This document shows, in pieces, positions 43,592 to 56,068 of a DNA stretch of 64,000 nt. Made by a program: the position numbers and the translations under genes. Where the stretch lies: positions 2,592,001-2,656,000 of the forward strand of contig OY762897.2 in assembly GCA_963666515.2 (NCBI GenBank). Reading direction: 5' to 3'. Position 1 is the stretch's first letter. Each line of letters begins with the position of its first letter. This DNA is from Candidatus Binatia bacterium (lineage in GTDB: Bacteria; Desulfobacterota; Binatia; UBA9968; JAJDTQ01). A model generated the notes under the pieces. That model had not been told where the DNA came from. It did not search any database and saw nothing but the letters and a program-made list of their open reading frames with translations.

Positions 43592-44893
43592 TCAGCCGTT
43601 CTCGATGCTCAGCGAAGCCCCGAGCCCGTTCAGGTCGTGGACGAATTCCGGATAGGACATGACGAAGTTCTCGGCCCTGGACACGGTGATCTCCTGATCC
43701 CCCCGCAGGCCCGCCACCGACAATGCCGTCGCCACGCGGTGATCGAGGAATGCATCGAGCGTCGCCGAACCACGGTAGCCGTCGATGCCGACGATATCGA
43801 GCCCGTCCGGCCGTTCCTCGATGCGGGCGCCGATCCTGGTCAACTCCATCATCGAGGCGATGCGATCACTCTCCTTGTAGCGGACGTGCTCGCCGTTGAC
43901 GATCCGGGTCGTGCCTTCGGCGAAACAACCCAATACCGACAGGATGGGCACCAGGTCGGGCGAGTGGGTGACGTCGATGTCGATCCCGTGCATCGGCTTC
44001 GAGCCGCGCACCCGGATCGTGTTGGCCGCGGCGTCGATGGTCAGGTCGGCGCCCATTTCCATCATGATGTCTACGATCCTCTTCTCCGGATGGATGCTGG
44101 TCATGTCCAGATTCTGCAGGGTGATGTCCGAGCCCGGCGTGATGGCGGCGGCAACCATGGGCACCGAGGCAACACAGAAGTCGCCAGGAATGGTCAGGCT
44201 TGCCGGCTTGTAGGTTTGTCCGCCGGGCACCACGTACACGTCGGGGGCACGGCTCGCGTCATACTCGATCCCGAACGTATCGAGCATCTGCAGCGTCATG
44301 TCGATGTAGGGCTTCTCCCGCAACGTATCCGTGACCCGGACCGTCACCCCGTCGCGGCTGAGCGGCGCGCAGATCAGGACGCCCGACAGCCACTGCGAAA
44401 TAAACCCGGATATCTCCGTTTCGCCGCCGGCGAAGCCGCCGCCCCTGACGATGATCGGCGCGGTTCCGTCCCCCTGGGCCGAATAGCAATGAACGCCCAG
44501 CGACGACAGGCTGTCCAGCAACGATTTCATGGGCCGTCTGCGCAGTGACTGGTTGCCCGTGAACACCGTCCACCCCGGAGTTGCCGCCACCACCCCCAAC
44601 AGGAACTGAAGCGTGGTGCCCGAGTCATCGACATCGATCACGTTCCCGGGCGTGCGGTAGTCGCCGCCGTCAATGACGCAGGCATCTTCGGTGAACTCGA
44701 TGCTCGGACCGAACGCGACAATGTTCTCGGTGGTCGAGGTCATCTTGCCGACGAAAGCCCCGGACGCGTCCGTGATCGTGGTCCGCCCGTGGGCCAGCGA
44801 CCCCATGATCATCGCCCGCGTGAAATGATATTTCGACGAAATGACGCGAAGCGACCCGCGCAATCCGCCGCAGGGTCTGGATTTGATGTTCAT
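43592..44893 (-). CDS. EPSP synthase (AroA)-like enolpyruvyl transferase, divergent
   Basis: SGTT, RRPM, KPYIDMT, PD, RYKESDR and DHR motifs present, but several acceptor-binding residues substituted. Confidence 0.8.
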   Translation of the reverse strand: MNIKSRPCGGLRGSLRVISSKYHFTRAMIMGSLAHGRTTITDASGAFVGKMTSTTENIVAFGPSIEFTEDACVIDGGDYRTPGNVIDVDDSGTTLQFLLGVVAATPGWTVFTGNQSLRRRPMKSLLDSLSSLGVHCYSAQGDGTAPIIVRGGGFAGGETEISGFISQWLSGVLICAPLSRDGVTVRVTDTLREKPYIDMTLQMLDTFGIEYDASRAPDVYVVPGGQTYKPASLTIPGDFCVASVPMVAAAITPGSDITLQNLDMTSIHPEKRIVDIMMEMGADLTIDAAANTIRVRGSKPMHGIDIDVTHSPDLVPILSVLGCFAEGTTRIVNGEHVRYKESDRIASMMELTRIGARIEERPDGLDIVGIDGYRGSATLDAFLDHRVATALSVAGLRGDQEITVSRAENFVMSYPEFVHDLNGLGASLSIENG

Positions 44894-45025
44894 CGACGCT
44901 CCCCTGCCACATGGCGTCGCAGCCACGCCGCCAGTTCGTCAAAACGGAACGTCCCCGCCTCGTAAAGCCCGGAGATGAAAGCGTACGCCTCCTCGCCGTC
45001 GGCGGTCAACTGCGCGCCGTTGATC
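44890..45025 (-). pseudogene. 3' relic of a doc (Fic) gene
   Basis: INGAQLTADGEEAYAFISGLYEAGTFRFDELAAWLRRHVAGERR*, paralogous to the end of doc at 45413-45829. Confidence 0.8.
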
Positions 45026-45416
45026 GATGGATGAAGCCGATGCAAAGGCCGAACAGTCCGAATTGAAGCACAAGATAGAGAGTCTCCATCCCGACGAACG
45101 CCGCCGTTCCCGCCACCTGCTGCTTGGCGACGAAGGCGAGCACGTGAGAAGTCCAGAAGAAGGCTCCCGTGATGAAAGCGAACTTGATCCCTCGCCGAAA
45201 ACTGCTTTCCCCGGTCTTGAGCATTGGAAACAGAGTGGAAAGCAGAAAGCCCTGAAGCACTATGCTCAGCAAGCCGACAAGAAAGTTCGGCTCGCCCTCG
45301 AAGTAGCCGAACGATTCGTAGTTCTCTTTGAAAAGCAACACATGCCAGCCCACGGCGAGAGAAAACGTGCAGATCGTATAGGCGGCGGTTCCCAGGATCA
45401 GCTTCTTGGCGTTCAT
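45006..45416 (-). CDS. Small membrane protein
   Basis: 136 aa with four hydrophobic segments; ATGA overlap with doc. Confidence 0.7.
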   Translation of the reverse strand: MNAKKLILGTAAYTICTFSLAVGWHVLLFKENYESFGYFEGEPNFLVGLLSIVLQGFLLSTLFPMLKTGESSFRRGIKFAFITGAFFWTSHVLAFVAKQQVAGTAAFVGMETLYLVLQFGLFGLCIGFIHRSTARS

Positions 45417-45829
45417 CGCTTGCGAGGATTGGCTTTATTGTCCCATGCGTCTGCGGGCACGACGACGAACGACCGCCGGAGCCATGCCGCCAACTCGTCG
45501 AAACGGAACCTCCCGGATTCGTACAGCCCCGAAATGAACGCGTAGGCATCTTCCGGGTCCGCCGTCAGTCGTGCTCCGTTGATCGCGAGAAACGTGTACG
45601 TGGCTGCAAAGGCCACACGCTTGTTGCCGTCGAGAAATGGATGGTTCTGGGCGAGGCTTTCCCATAACGCGGCGGCTTCCTCAATGAGATTGGCGTAGTA
45701 GCCGGTCTGCGGCCGATAGAGCGCCGCCTCCAGAAGACCGGCATCCCGAATCCCTTCCGTTCCTCCGTACCGTTGGATCTGGTCCGCGTGAATGGCAAGG
45801 ACTTCAGCCAGCGTGAGATAGTCACTCAT
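45413..45829 (-). CDS. doc: Death-on-curing (Fic/Doc) toxin with chimeric C-terminus
   Basis: HPFLDGNKR Fic motif. Confidence 0.9.
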   Translation of the reverse strand: MSDYLTLAEVLAIHADQIQRYGGTEGIRDAGLLEAALYRPQTGYYANLIEEAAALWESLAQNHPFLDGNKRVAFAATYTFLAINGARLTADPEDAYAFISGLYESGRFRFDELAAWLRRSFVVVPADAWDNKANPRKR

Positions 45830-46053
45830 TGGGCGAGCTTCTTGTAAAGCTCGCCGTACTTGTCATGGCTGGCCAGATAGGCTGCCATGACCTGCGGCCG
45901 GGGCCGGCCCTGTCTTCGTTTTTCGATCAGGTCGGCCAGCGCCTCATCGACGAGGGCCTGAAGTTGGCGGCCCTCCTGCTCGGCAATCGCGCGGATGGTG
46001 GACAAGATTTCGGAATCGACCTGAGTGGCGAATTTCTCACGAGTCTTGGACAT
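45826..46053 (-). CDS. Putative antitoxin (ribbon-helix-helix-like) partner of doc
   Basis: 75 aa, REKFATQVD...LVDEALADL...ELYKKLA; ATGA overlap with doc. Confidence 0.75.
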   Translation of the reverse strand: MSKTREKFATQVDSEILSTIRAIAEQEGRQLQALVDEALADLIEKRRQGRPRPQVMAAYLASHDKYGELYKKLAQ

Positions 46054-46060
46054 GGCTCGA

Positions 46061-46089
46061 ACATGTCATGACAAATCATGACATGTCAA
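46061..46089 (-). promoter_or_regulatory. Putative TA promoter/operator
   Basis: Perfect inverted repeat acatgtcatga-caaa-tcatgacatgt overlapping a minus-strand TTGACA, just upstream of the antitoxin ATG. Confidence 0.65.
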
Positions 46090-47938
46090 GACTTGCGGCT
46101 ATGTCGGCCTGACGGAGCGCGTGGTGTTTCCTTTCGTTCGGATCGAGGTGGCGTTTTCGAAGCCGGAGATTGCACGGCGTGACCTCGATCAGTTCATCCT
46201 GGCGGATGAACTCGATGGCCTGCTCCAGGGACATGCGCACGGGAGGCACGATCTTTTCGATGCCCTTGAGGACGGAGGACCGCATGTTCGTCAGTTTCCT
46301 CTCCTTGGTGATGTTCACGTCCATGTCCTTGTCGCGGCTGCTCTGTCCCACCAGCATGCCGCCGTACACCGGCTCGGTGGGCCCGACGAACAGCTCGCCC
46401 CGCTCCTGCAGGTTGAACATCGCATAACCGGTGACGCGGCCCCGGCGGTCGGCCACCAGCGCGCCGGTGGAACGATGGACGATGTCGCCCGCCCAGGGCC
46501 GGTATCCGATGAACATGTGCGTGAGGGTTCCCGTGCCCTTGGTGTCGGTGAGGAACTCGGTCCGGTATCCGATCAGCCCGCGGCTGGGCGCCTCGATCTC
46601 CAGACGAACCCTTCCCGAACCGCGGTCCGCCAGCCTGACCAGGACGCCCCTCCGCGCGCCGAGCTTCTGGACCACGATTCCCTGGTACTCTTCATCGGTC
46701 TCGATGATGGCCAGCTCGTACGGTTCGTGGACCGCGTCGCCGACGGTGCGGGTCAGCACCCGCGGCATGCCTACCGAGAACTCGTACCCTTCCCGCCGCA
46801 TCTGCTCGATCAGGACGGCGAGTTGCAACTCTCCGCGGCCGTACACCAGGAAGCGGTCGGAAGACTCGATGGGCTCCACCCGGATGGCGAGGTTGTGCTC
46901 GGCCTCCTTGAGCAGCCGCGCCCGGAGGTGGCGCGAGGTCAGGTAGCGGCCGTCCTTTCCGCTGAACGGGGAGTCGTTGATGGAGAACTCCATCGACAGC
47001 GTGGGTTCCTCCACGTCGAGGGCCGGCAGCGGCCTGGGGTCCTCGCCGTCGGCGATGCTCTCGCCCAGCCCGATGCCGCTCATGCCCGCCAGCGCGACGA
47101 TCTCTCCGGGGCCAGCCGACGGCACCGGGACGCGCCCGAGGCCCTCGTAGATGAACAGCTCCGCAACCGCGGCCTGGGTCTGCGACCCGCCGCGCCGGCA
47201 CAGGGTCACCGGCTGCCGGTTCCGCACCGTGCCGTCCACCACGCGGCCGATGGCCAGCGGGCCGAGGTAGTCGTCGGGCGCCACGTTGGTCACCAATATC
47301 TGCAACGGGTGGCCCGCGTCTCCGGCGGGCGGCGGAACGTGCTCCACGATGGCCTCGAAAAGCGGCCGAAGATCGGTAAGCTCGCCGCCCGGCGACGGCG
47401 TGCATCTTCCCTGACGGGCGACCGAGTAGATGACCGGAAACTCGATCTGTTCCTCGGTGGCGCCCAGGTCGATGAACAGGTCGTAGATCTCGTTCAGGAC
47501 TTCCGCCGGACGCGCGTCGTGGCGGTCGATCTTGTTGATGACCACGATCGGCGGCAGTCCCAGCTCCAGCGCCTTGGCCAGCACCGCCCGCGTCTGGGGC
47601 ATCGGCCCTTCCGCGGCGTCGACCAGCAGCATGACCCCGTCAACCATGCGCAACGTGCGTTCCACCTCGCCGCCGAAATCCACGTGGCCCGGCGTGTCGG
47701 CGATGTTGATCTTGACGCCGCGGTAAGTCACGGAGGCGTTCTTCGCCATGATCGTGATGCCCTTCTCGCGCTCCAGGTCCATGGAGTCCAGCACCCGCTC
47801 ACGCACGTCCTGGTTTTCGCGGAACGTCCCGCTCTGCCACAGCATGGCGTCCACCAGCGTGGTCTTGCCGTGGTCCACGTGCGCGATGATCGCGATGTTG
47901 CGAAGATTCGCCGCCTCGCGGCATGCGACGAGGTCCAT
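46076..47938 (-). CDS. typA: Translational GTPase TypA/BipA
   Basis: [48 protein letters not shown] and KLTNMRSS motifs. Confidence 0.95.
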   Translation of the reverse strand: MDLVACREAANLRNIAIIAHVDHGKTTLVDAMLWQSGTFRENQDVRERVLDSMDLEREKGITIMAKNASVTYRGVKINIADTPGHVDFGGEVERTLRMVDGVMLLVDAAEGPMPQTRAVLAKALELGLPPIVVINKIDRHDARPAEVLNEIYDLFIDLGATEEQIEFPVIYSVARQGRCTPSPGGELTDLRPLFEAIVEHVPPPAGDAGHPLQILVTNVAPDDYLGPLAIGRVVDGTVRNRQPVTLCRRGGSQTQAAVAELFIYEGLGRVPVPSAGPGEIVALAGMSGIGLGESIADGEDPRPLPALDVEEPTLSMEFSINDSPFSGKDGRYLTSRHLRARLLKEAEHNLAIRVEPIESSDRFLVYGRGELQLAVLIEQMRREGYEFSVGMPRVLTRTVGDAVHEPYELAIIETDEEYQGIVVQKLGARRGVLVRLADRGSGRVRLEIEAPSRGLIGYRTEFLTDTKGTGTLTHMFIGYRPWAGDIVHRSTGALVADRRGRVTGYAMFNLQERGELFVGPTEPVYGGMLVGQSSRDKDMDVNITKERKLTNMRSSVLKGIEKIVPPVRMSLEQAIEFIRQDELIEVTPCNLRLRKRHLDPNERKHHALRQADIAASLDMS

Positions 47939-48143
47939 CAGTCATCCTCCCCTGTTCGCCCGCACACCTCAGGCAGCCGGGTGTATGCGGACATGCAAAA
48001 TCCGGTTACGGTCGTTCGTGAGCGCCCTGGAAATGGCCGGAATTTCCGGACGGTTTCCGGCTCGGAAAACGGAGCTTCAAGGCGTGCAATGCCGAAGAGA
48101 CGATTCTAGCAAGTTCGGGGGAATTGGCCTAGCGCCGCTCAGG

Positions 48144-48239
48144 TAGTCCGTCATTTGGCGAGCTTCTTGTAAAGCTCGCCGTACTTGTCATGGCTGGTGA
48201 GATAAGCCGCCATGACGTGCGGCCGGGGCCTGGCCTGTC
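48144..48239 (-). pseudogene. Relic of antitoxin 3' end plus doc start (paralogue of 45819-45914)
   Basis: PRPHVMAAYLTSHDKYGELYKKLAK* followed by MTDYL. Confidence 0.8.
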
Positions 48240-48265
48240 AATTCTCCTTGGCTGGCATTCCACCG

Positions 48266-48469
48266 TTATCGGCCGGTGCGTTCGATCAGGGCTTCAAGGG
48301 CGCGCATGGCTTCGGCGTGCGCAGCCATGGCTTCAGCGTGGCGTTGGTCTTCGCGCTTGGAGCGCTGGTCTCCGGCCCGGCGCATCACCGCGATGCCGGC
48401 CCACACAACCCCGACCATCAGCAGGCTGATGGCGGCTTGCGTGATTCCTGTCCATTCCGATACAGACAT
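48266..48469 (-). CDS. Small single-TM hypothetical protein
   Basis: 67 aa, GAGGAG RBS, hydrophobic helix then HAEAM repeated twice. Confidence 0.6.
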   Translation of the reverse strand: MSVSEWTGITQAAISLLMVGVVWAGIAVMRRAGDQRSKREDQRHAEAMAAHAEAMRALEALIERTGR

Positions 48470-48640
48470 GGCCCGTCTCCTCGTCCGTCCGCCGGCTCCC
48501 GGCGTCCATAATAGGTCTTTCCACTACTGGAGTTCAAACGCCGCTACACCCCCCGACTACCTCCAAGGCAAACACCCGTCCCTACAATTGATTATTCGGC
48601 ACCGCCGGACGGAACTTTAGCTTGAAGGATCCTTGCCCGC

Positions 48641-51781
<3,141 letters not shown>

Positions 51782-51788
51782 GTAGTTG

Positions 51789-52928
51789 CTATTGCCCCTC
51801 CTCGGCCCCGTCGTTCTCTCGAAGGACGTCTGTAATAACGGGATTCAACAGACGCCAACGCTGCCCAATTCGTTCAAGATCGCCCCTCAATACAACAGGG
51901 GCCTTTTCTTTGTGGGCCAAAATCGCCTGCTCATAATCCGATTGCCTCAAGACAGCCTTCACGGATTCATTCCGGCCATCGATGGATGCCAGCAGAGTCA
52001 CCGTCCCGTCCATTTCCGCTTCTTCACGAGTCAACGCGCGTACGATACCGAAGATGTCTACATCTGGACGCGGTTCACGCTCCCGAAACGATCGCGCGGC
52101 CTCTCGCAACACGGGAACATCAGAGGCGGAGAAACGGATCACGTCCCGAACCACCTTCACAGGGCGAGTTCGAGCCCATGTGATACTGACATTCAGCCAA
52201 GGGAACGGTTCGACAACCTCTACAAGAGCCTCGCACAGGTTGGCGCTGACCCCCCGTTGCACCGCGTTTGCAAAGGCGTCCGCCTCTCCACCGACCGTGC
52301 GTTCCGTTGCCTCGCGAGTCGCTGCAAGGGCACCGGCCAAACGTCTCGTGATCTGCCGCTCAAACGGATCGTCGTCTAGCGCCGCGTCGTCAATGAGCGC
52401 GTGCTGGATCGGGGGTGGGACAATGGGACTCAGAAGCGTCACCGCGAAACTCGCTTGTTCCGTCTGCCCCAAGCGAACGTGCTCCATATAGATGTTTGCT
52501 TCCTTGTTTGCACCAGCCCTGTAAAAGCGCTGGGGGTGTTGCACGGAACAGGCCGCGGCCAAAAGCAGATCGCGAGCCCCGTGTATGAGCCTGATTCCAT
52601 CACTGGCGGTCACGCTCCCGTCGTATCCCTCCGCTGCTCGGACCCTTATGACGTCGCGATCAGCCGTAACCAGATCACGATAGAGCGCCAACTCGTCAAG
52701 CTCGGCGGCTTTAGCGAAGATTTCCAACAGGCGTGAGACCACGCTGGCATAATCTCCGAGTGATTGATGCCGAGGCAAGAGAATCTCCGGTAATCCCTCG
52801 GCAGTATAAATGTCCGAATGATCCCCGTATGTCCCCGTCTTGGTCCATCCCGAAGTCCGCGCATAAGCCGACAGTGCTCCCGGAGAGATTTCGCTCAAAG
52901 CCTTCGTATCCCGGATGTTGGCTATCAT
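51789..52928 (-). CDS. Hypothetical protein coupled to the DUF4365 gene
   Basis: 379 aa; [16 protein letters not shown] and [10 protein letters not shown]; ATGA overlap with upstream gene. Confidence 0.75.
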   Translation of the reverse strand: MIANIRDTKALSEISPGALSAYARTSGWTKTGTYGDHSDIYTAEGLPEILLPRHQSLGDYASVVSRLLEIFAKAAELDELALYRDLVTADRDVIRVRAAEGYDGSVTASDGIRLIHGARDLLLAAACSVQHPQRFYRAGANKEANIYMEHVRLGQTEQASFAVTLLSPIVPPPIQHALIDDAALDDDPFERQITRRLAGALAATREATERTVGGEADAFANAVQRGVSANLCEALVEVVEPFPWLNVSITWARTRPVKVVRDVIRFSASDVPVLREAARSFREREPRPDVDIFGIVRALTREEAEMDGTVTLLASIDGRNESVKAVLRQSDYEQAILAHKEKAPVVLRGDLERIGQRWRLLNPVITDVLRENDGAEEGQ

Positions 52929-53425
52929 GTGATCTTCCCCCTTCGCGATAGCTCCATTAGGGCACGCAATCGCTCCACGTCAAACCGATTTTCTGGGGGT
53001 ATCGGAACCGTAATGGAGGATCGATTGGGTTTCTCCTCCTGGCCGGCCAGACTCAGCCAGAAGGCGCACCGCCTTAGTGTCAGCGCTTCCGCAGTGATGG
53101 TCATCCAGTCCCTCGGTTCCGTTGGCAGATCAAGCACAACGAGAATCCTCGGGGTTTGAGTCTCGATGCGCAACAGATCGTAGTTCCGCTGCTTCAACGG
53201 AAAGCGCAAAACTCCGTCCGCGGCGGCCCTCAAATTGACGCTGGCCTTTAGCTGCATATCCAGCGCAGGCCGCATGCCGCCTCCCGCGTGTATACGGATA
53301 TCGACGCCGTCGCGATCCAGGTCACAATGGCTTGTGACGTAACCTGCCCGGGCAGCGACAGCCTGCACATACACCCGCGACAGGGCTTCTTCTTCGTCAG
53401 CCGACGTGAGGAGTGTGTCTGTCAT
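52925..53425 (-). CDS. DUF4365 (PD-(D/E)XK-like) protein
   Basis: EEALSRVYVQAVAARAG, DRDGVD, MQLKAS, NYDLLR and PRILVVL motifs. Confidence 0.8.
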   Translation of the reverse strand: MTDTLLTSADEEEALSRVYVQAVAARAGYVTSHCDLDRDGVDIRIHAGGGMRPALDMQLKASVNLRAAADGVLRFPLKQRNYDLLRIETQTPRILVVLDLPTEPRDWMTITAEALTLRRCAFWLSLAGQEEKPNRSSITVPIPPENRFDVERLRALMELSRRGKIT

Positions 53426-53647
53426 ACCGTCGCCTTGGTGTGTGCTTCCGTGTCCCCGACCCTTGAAAGATCGGACCTCAAGGGTCAAATGGGGTATAAA
53501 ACCCGAAGCAACCGGAGCCGACCATGAGCCTACCACAAACCGTAGCAGAAGTGCGGACCGAGCGGCGCCGGAATCCTGACACCGGGGTCACGTATCCGTG
53601 GGTGGTGTCGTCCACCGCGATGGTCACCATGTGTATTTCTATTTGAT

Positions 53648-54412
53648 TCAAGCAGCGAGTTCCTCGCGCGCCTGGTCGCGGGCCGACCACGCAATGGGAT
53701 GGACGTCGTAGCTCCGAATCGCGGCCGACACGTTTTCCGAGACCTGCTGGTCCGAATCGTTGAGGATGGCGTAAGCGCGCGAGTCCGTAGACCGAACCTC
53801 CTTGGTGTCGATCCAGGAGAACGCCATTGCCTGCGCCGTGTCTCTACTCGGCCGGTTGATCGCCCGCACCACCCGCTCCGGCTGGACTCTTGATTTCGGT
53901 ATGACGAAGTCGAACCGGTGATCGTAGCCGCTCTTCCCGGTGAACTTGACGTTCGGCGTGTAGCGGATATCGGAGAGATCAAGCCAAGACACCACGTCTT
54001 CGTAGAACAAGTTGGCGACCACGGGCGACGCCAAGTAGAAGAGATCGTTGACGGCCAGCATGGCCTGTACGAGGTTGTGTTTCCGCGGCGCGAAATTGTC
54101 AGCCGACGCGTGCACTTCAAGCGCCCTTTCGTTGATCTGCACGCCAAACCCGTTGAGCGTCGTCTTGAACAGCGCCTGTCGCTTGGTACTGTCGATCTTG
54201 CACCCCGACTGCTCCAGATCGTCAAGAACGTAGCCGTCATCCGTCAGCACGAAGCCGCCGTTGACCCGCTTGGCGTAGATCTGGAGACAGTCGTTGTGAC
54301 GGTCGAGGTAGGGGGTGGTGATCTCCGCCCAGTCGCCGATCTCGCGAAGACTCGTCCTGTCCCGCAGCCAAGCCCAGTATTGGTCCAACAAGGATTGTAC
54401 TTCTCCGATCAT
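53648..54412 (-). CDS. DUF1828/DUF1829 family protein
   Basis: [18 protein letters not shown] and [11 protein letters not shown] motifs. Confidence 0.85.
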   Translation of the reverse strand: MIGEVQSLLDQYWAWLRDRTSLREIGDWAEITTPYLDRHNDCLQIYAKRVNGGFVLTDDGYVLDDLEQSGCKIDSTKRQALFKTTLNGFGVQINERALEVHASADNFAPRKHNLVQAMLAVNDLFYLASPVVANLFYEDVVSWLDLSDIRYTPNVKFTGKSGYDHRFDFVIPKSRVQPERVVRAINRPSRDTAQAMAFSWIDTKEVRSTDSRAYAILNDSDQQVSENVSAAIRSYDVHPIAWSARDQAREELAA

Positions 54413-54498
54413 GTGAAGAGTCCTCGTTGGACGTTAGGCGGCTCCACGATGTTGCAGAACCGTATGAAATCTCCAAGTGTCAGCCACGCGAACCCGTA
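54409..54498 (-). pseudogene. 3' tail of the usual upstream partner of DUF1828 genes
   Basis: [23 protein letters not shown] with TGA overlapping the downstream ATG. Confidence 0.6.
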
Positions 54499-55278
54499 CT
54501 ACGCTGCCAGGAGGATTCGCTCGAATTCGTCAGGTCGTGACCAGCGAGCGACTACGGACTGCTGCTCCACCAGGCTGAAGTCCTCCTCCCGCCACACGTC
54601 TTCCGTGTCGTCGAAGAGCGAGACGAATGCCAAGTGGGGTTGACTGACCTTCAGATGGCTGAGATCGACACACCCTGCCAGGACGTGTTCGGCGACGCGG
54701 CGGGCCGCACCGCGTGAACCGGTGCTCAACAGGAAGACAAAGGAGGTTCGATCATTGGTACGGGTCTGGTAGTCGATGGTCCAGCTTCGCCCCGACCTCC
54801 CTTGGCAGTTGACGGCACGGTCAAAGGACATCTCCCTTTCCCCCAGCCAATCGGCCACTTCGTCGGCCACCGTTTCGACTGCACGGGCGCGCAACGTGAA
54901 CCACAAGTCAGCGACGCGCACCACGGCCTGCGCCACACGCAAAACCGCCTCCCCCACCACGTCAGCGCCGTCCGACCGGAGCACAAGCTGTCCGCGGTGC
55001 AATTCCACACCCAAGGTCTGGCACGTATCCTCCACCATCCGGTCCTGTTTGGGCGAACGTCGGGCACTCACGGATTGCATGCGCAACCACCCCAATGCCT
55101 CCCCGAAGTCCGTGACGTGGCACCGCCCCTCGCGCTCGACGACAAAGACATCGACGATGCCGCCGTCCGGATACATAAGCGGGGTCCGCACCCGTACACC
55201 CTCCCGCCGGGCGGGCGTGCACTCGAAAAGAGCCGGAAGCGACCGGCCAACCGAAACGCTCAGCTCATCGGGATTCAT
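54499..55278 (-). CDS. Second, divergent DUF1828 family protein
   Basis: VRTPLMYPDGGIVDVF, VTDFGE and GRSGRSWTIDY motifs. Confidence 0.8.
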   Translation of the reverse strand: MNPDELSVSVGRSLPALFECTPARREGVRVRTPLMYPDGGIVDVFVVEREGRCHVTDFGEALGWLRMQSVSARRSPKQDRMVEDTCQTLGVELHRGQLVLRSDGADVVGEAVLRVAQAVVRVADLWFTLRARAVETVADEVADWLGEREMSFDRAVNCQGRSGRSWTIDYQTRTNDRTSFVFLLSTGSRGAARRVAEHVLAGCVDLSHLKVSQPHLAFVSLFDDTEDVWREEDFSLVEQQSVVARWSRPDEFERILLAA

Positions 55279-55470
55279 GGCCACAGTTCCTCCTGGACCT
55301 CCGGCGTATCCATCCGCCCCCTATGACGAATTTTCGCTTCCGCGCAGAACTGCCCCCAAAATTCTACCGGTCGGTCCCAAGAACTCCGTGATGTCCTCCG
55401 GCAAATCCCTCCGTCTGCAGATGCTTATGCTTCTCGCCAACACGATTGCAATGGGAATTATAACCCATAG
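55275..55470 (-). pseudogene. Frameshifted 3' relic of a DUF1828 partner gene
   Basis: CNRVGEKHKH ... PEDITE / SWDRPVEFWGQFCAEAKIRHRGRMDTPEVQEELWP* across frameshifts; stop overlaps the next ATG. Confidence 0.55.
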
Positions 55471-55476
55471 TCACAT

Positions 55477-55863
55477 CTAGGGTTTCCACCGGAACCCCTT
55501 GCCGATTAAGCACTGAGCTCGATAGCGTATCCTCGCTGCATCCCGAGACGCACTACCGACGATTCCAGCAGTAACTTCAATCGCCTTCCTTTCACACTCA
55601 GAGTAAGCCACAAGGGCCTCACTCTCTGTCATCCTATGGTAACGAGGGGTCTGCCTCTCTTCCAAGAAGGCCAGAAGCACCAGCAGGGCAACAGCAACGC
55701 CAAGGATGGCGATTAAGGGGAACCACTCATACAGCCCCTTGAGCACACCCCCATCAAGTAGGGACGCTAGCCGCCGATACCAGAGCGGAGCAGACGCCAG
55801 TAGCAGCAGTCCAGCAGCAAGTGAACCTATCGCCGAATTCAAGATAGCAGAAAGATCAATCAT
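55477..55863 (-). CDS. Hypothetical membrane protein, AT-richer
   Basis: Two hydrophobic helices and a C-terminal Cys pair (ECERKA...QCLIGKGF). Confidence 0.6.
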   Translation of the reverse strand: MIDLSAILNSAIGSLAAGLLLLASAPLWYRRLASLLDGGVLKGLYEWFPLIAILGVAVALLVLLAFLEERQTPRYHRMTESEALVAYSECERKAIEVTAGIVGSASRDAARIRYRAQCLIGKGFRWKP

Positions 55864-56068
55864 GACCTGATGGCCTCGCATCTATGGGCCGGAAGAACAC
55901 ACTTCGCACCACCTCACTGGCGTACTTCCTTCTTCACCTCGCGTCCTCGGCTCCCACGTCCATCCCACGGCACCGAATGTATCCTGACAGCAGCTTGGGA
56001 AGGAGCCTATCCCGAGCCTCTACAAGATGCGTGGATTCCTTCACGTTTGCGACGATTCTATCGTAATA

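Noticed and set aside
47940-48110. Riboswitch or ncRNA upstream of typA
   Set aside because: Only an imperfect hairpin near the RBS; no family motif recognised
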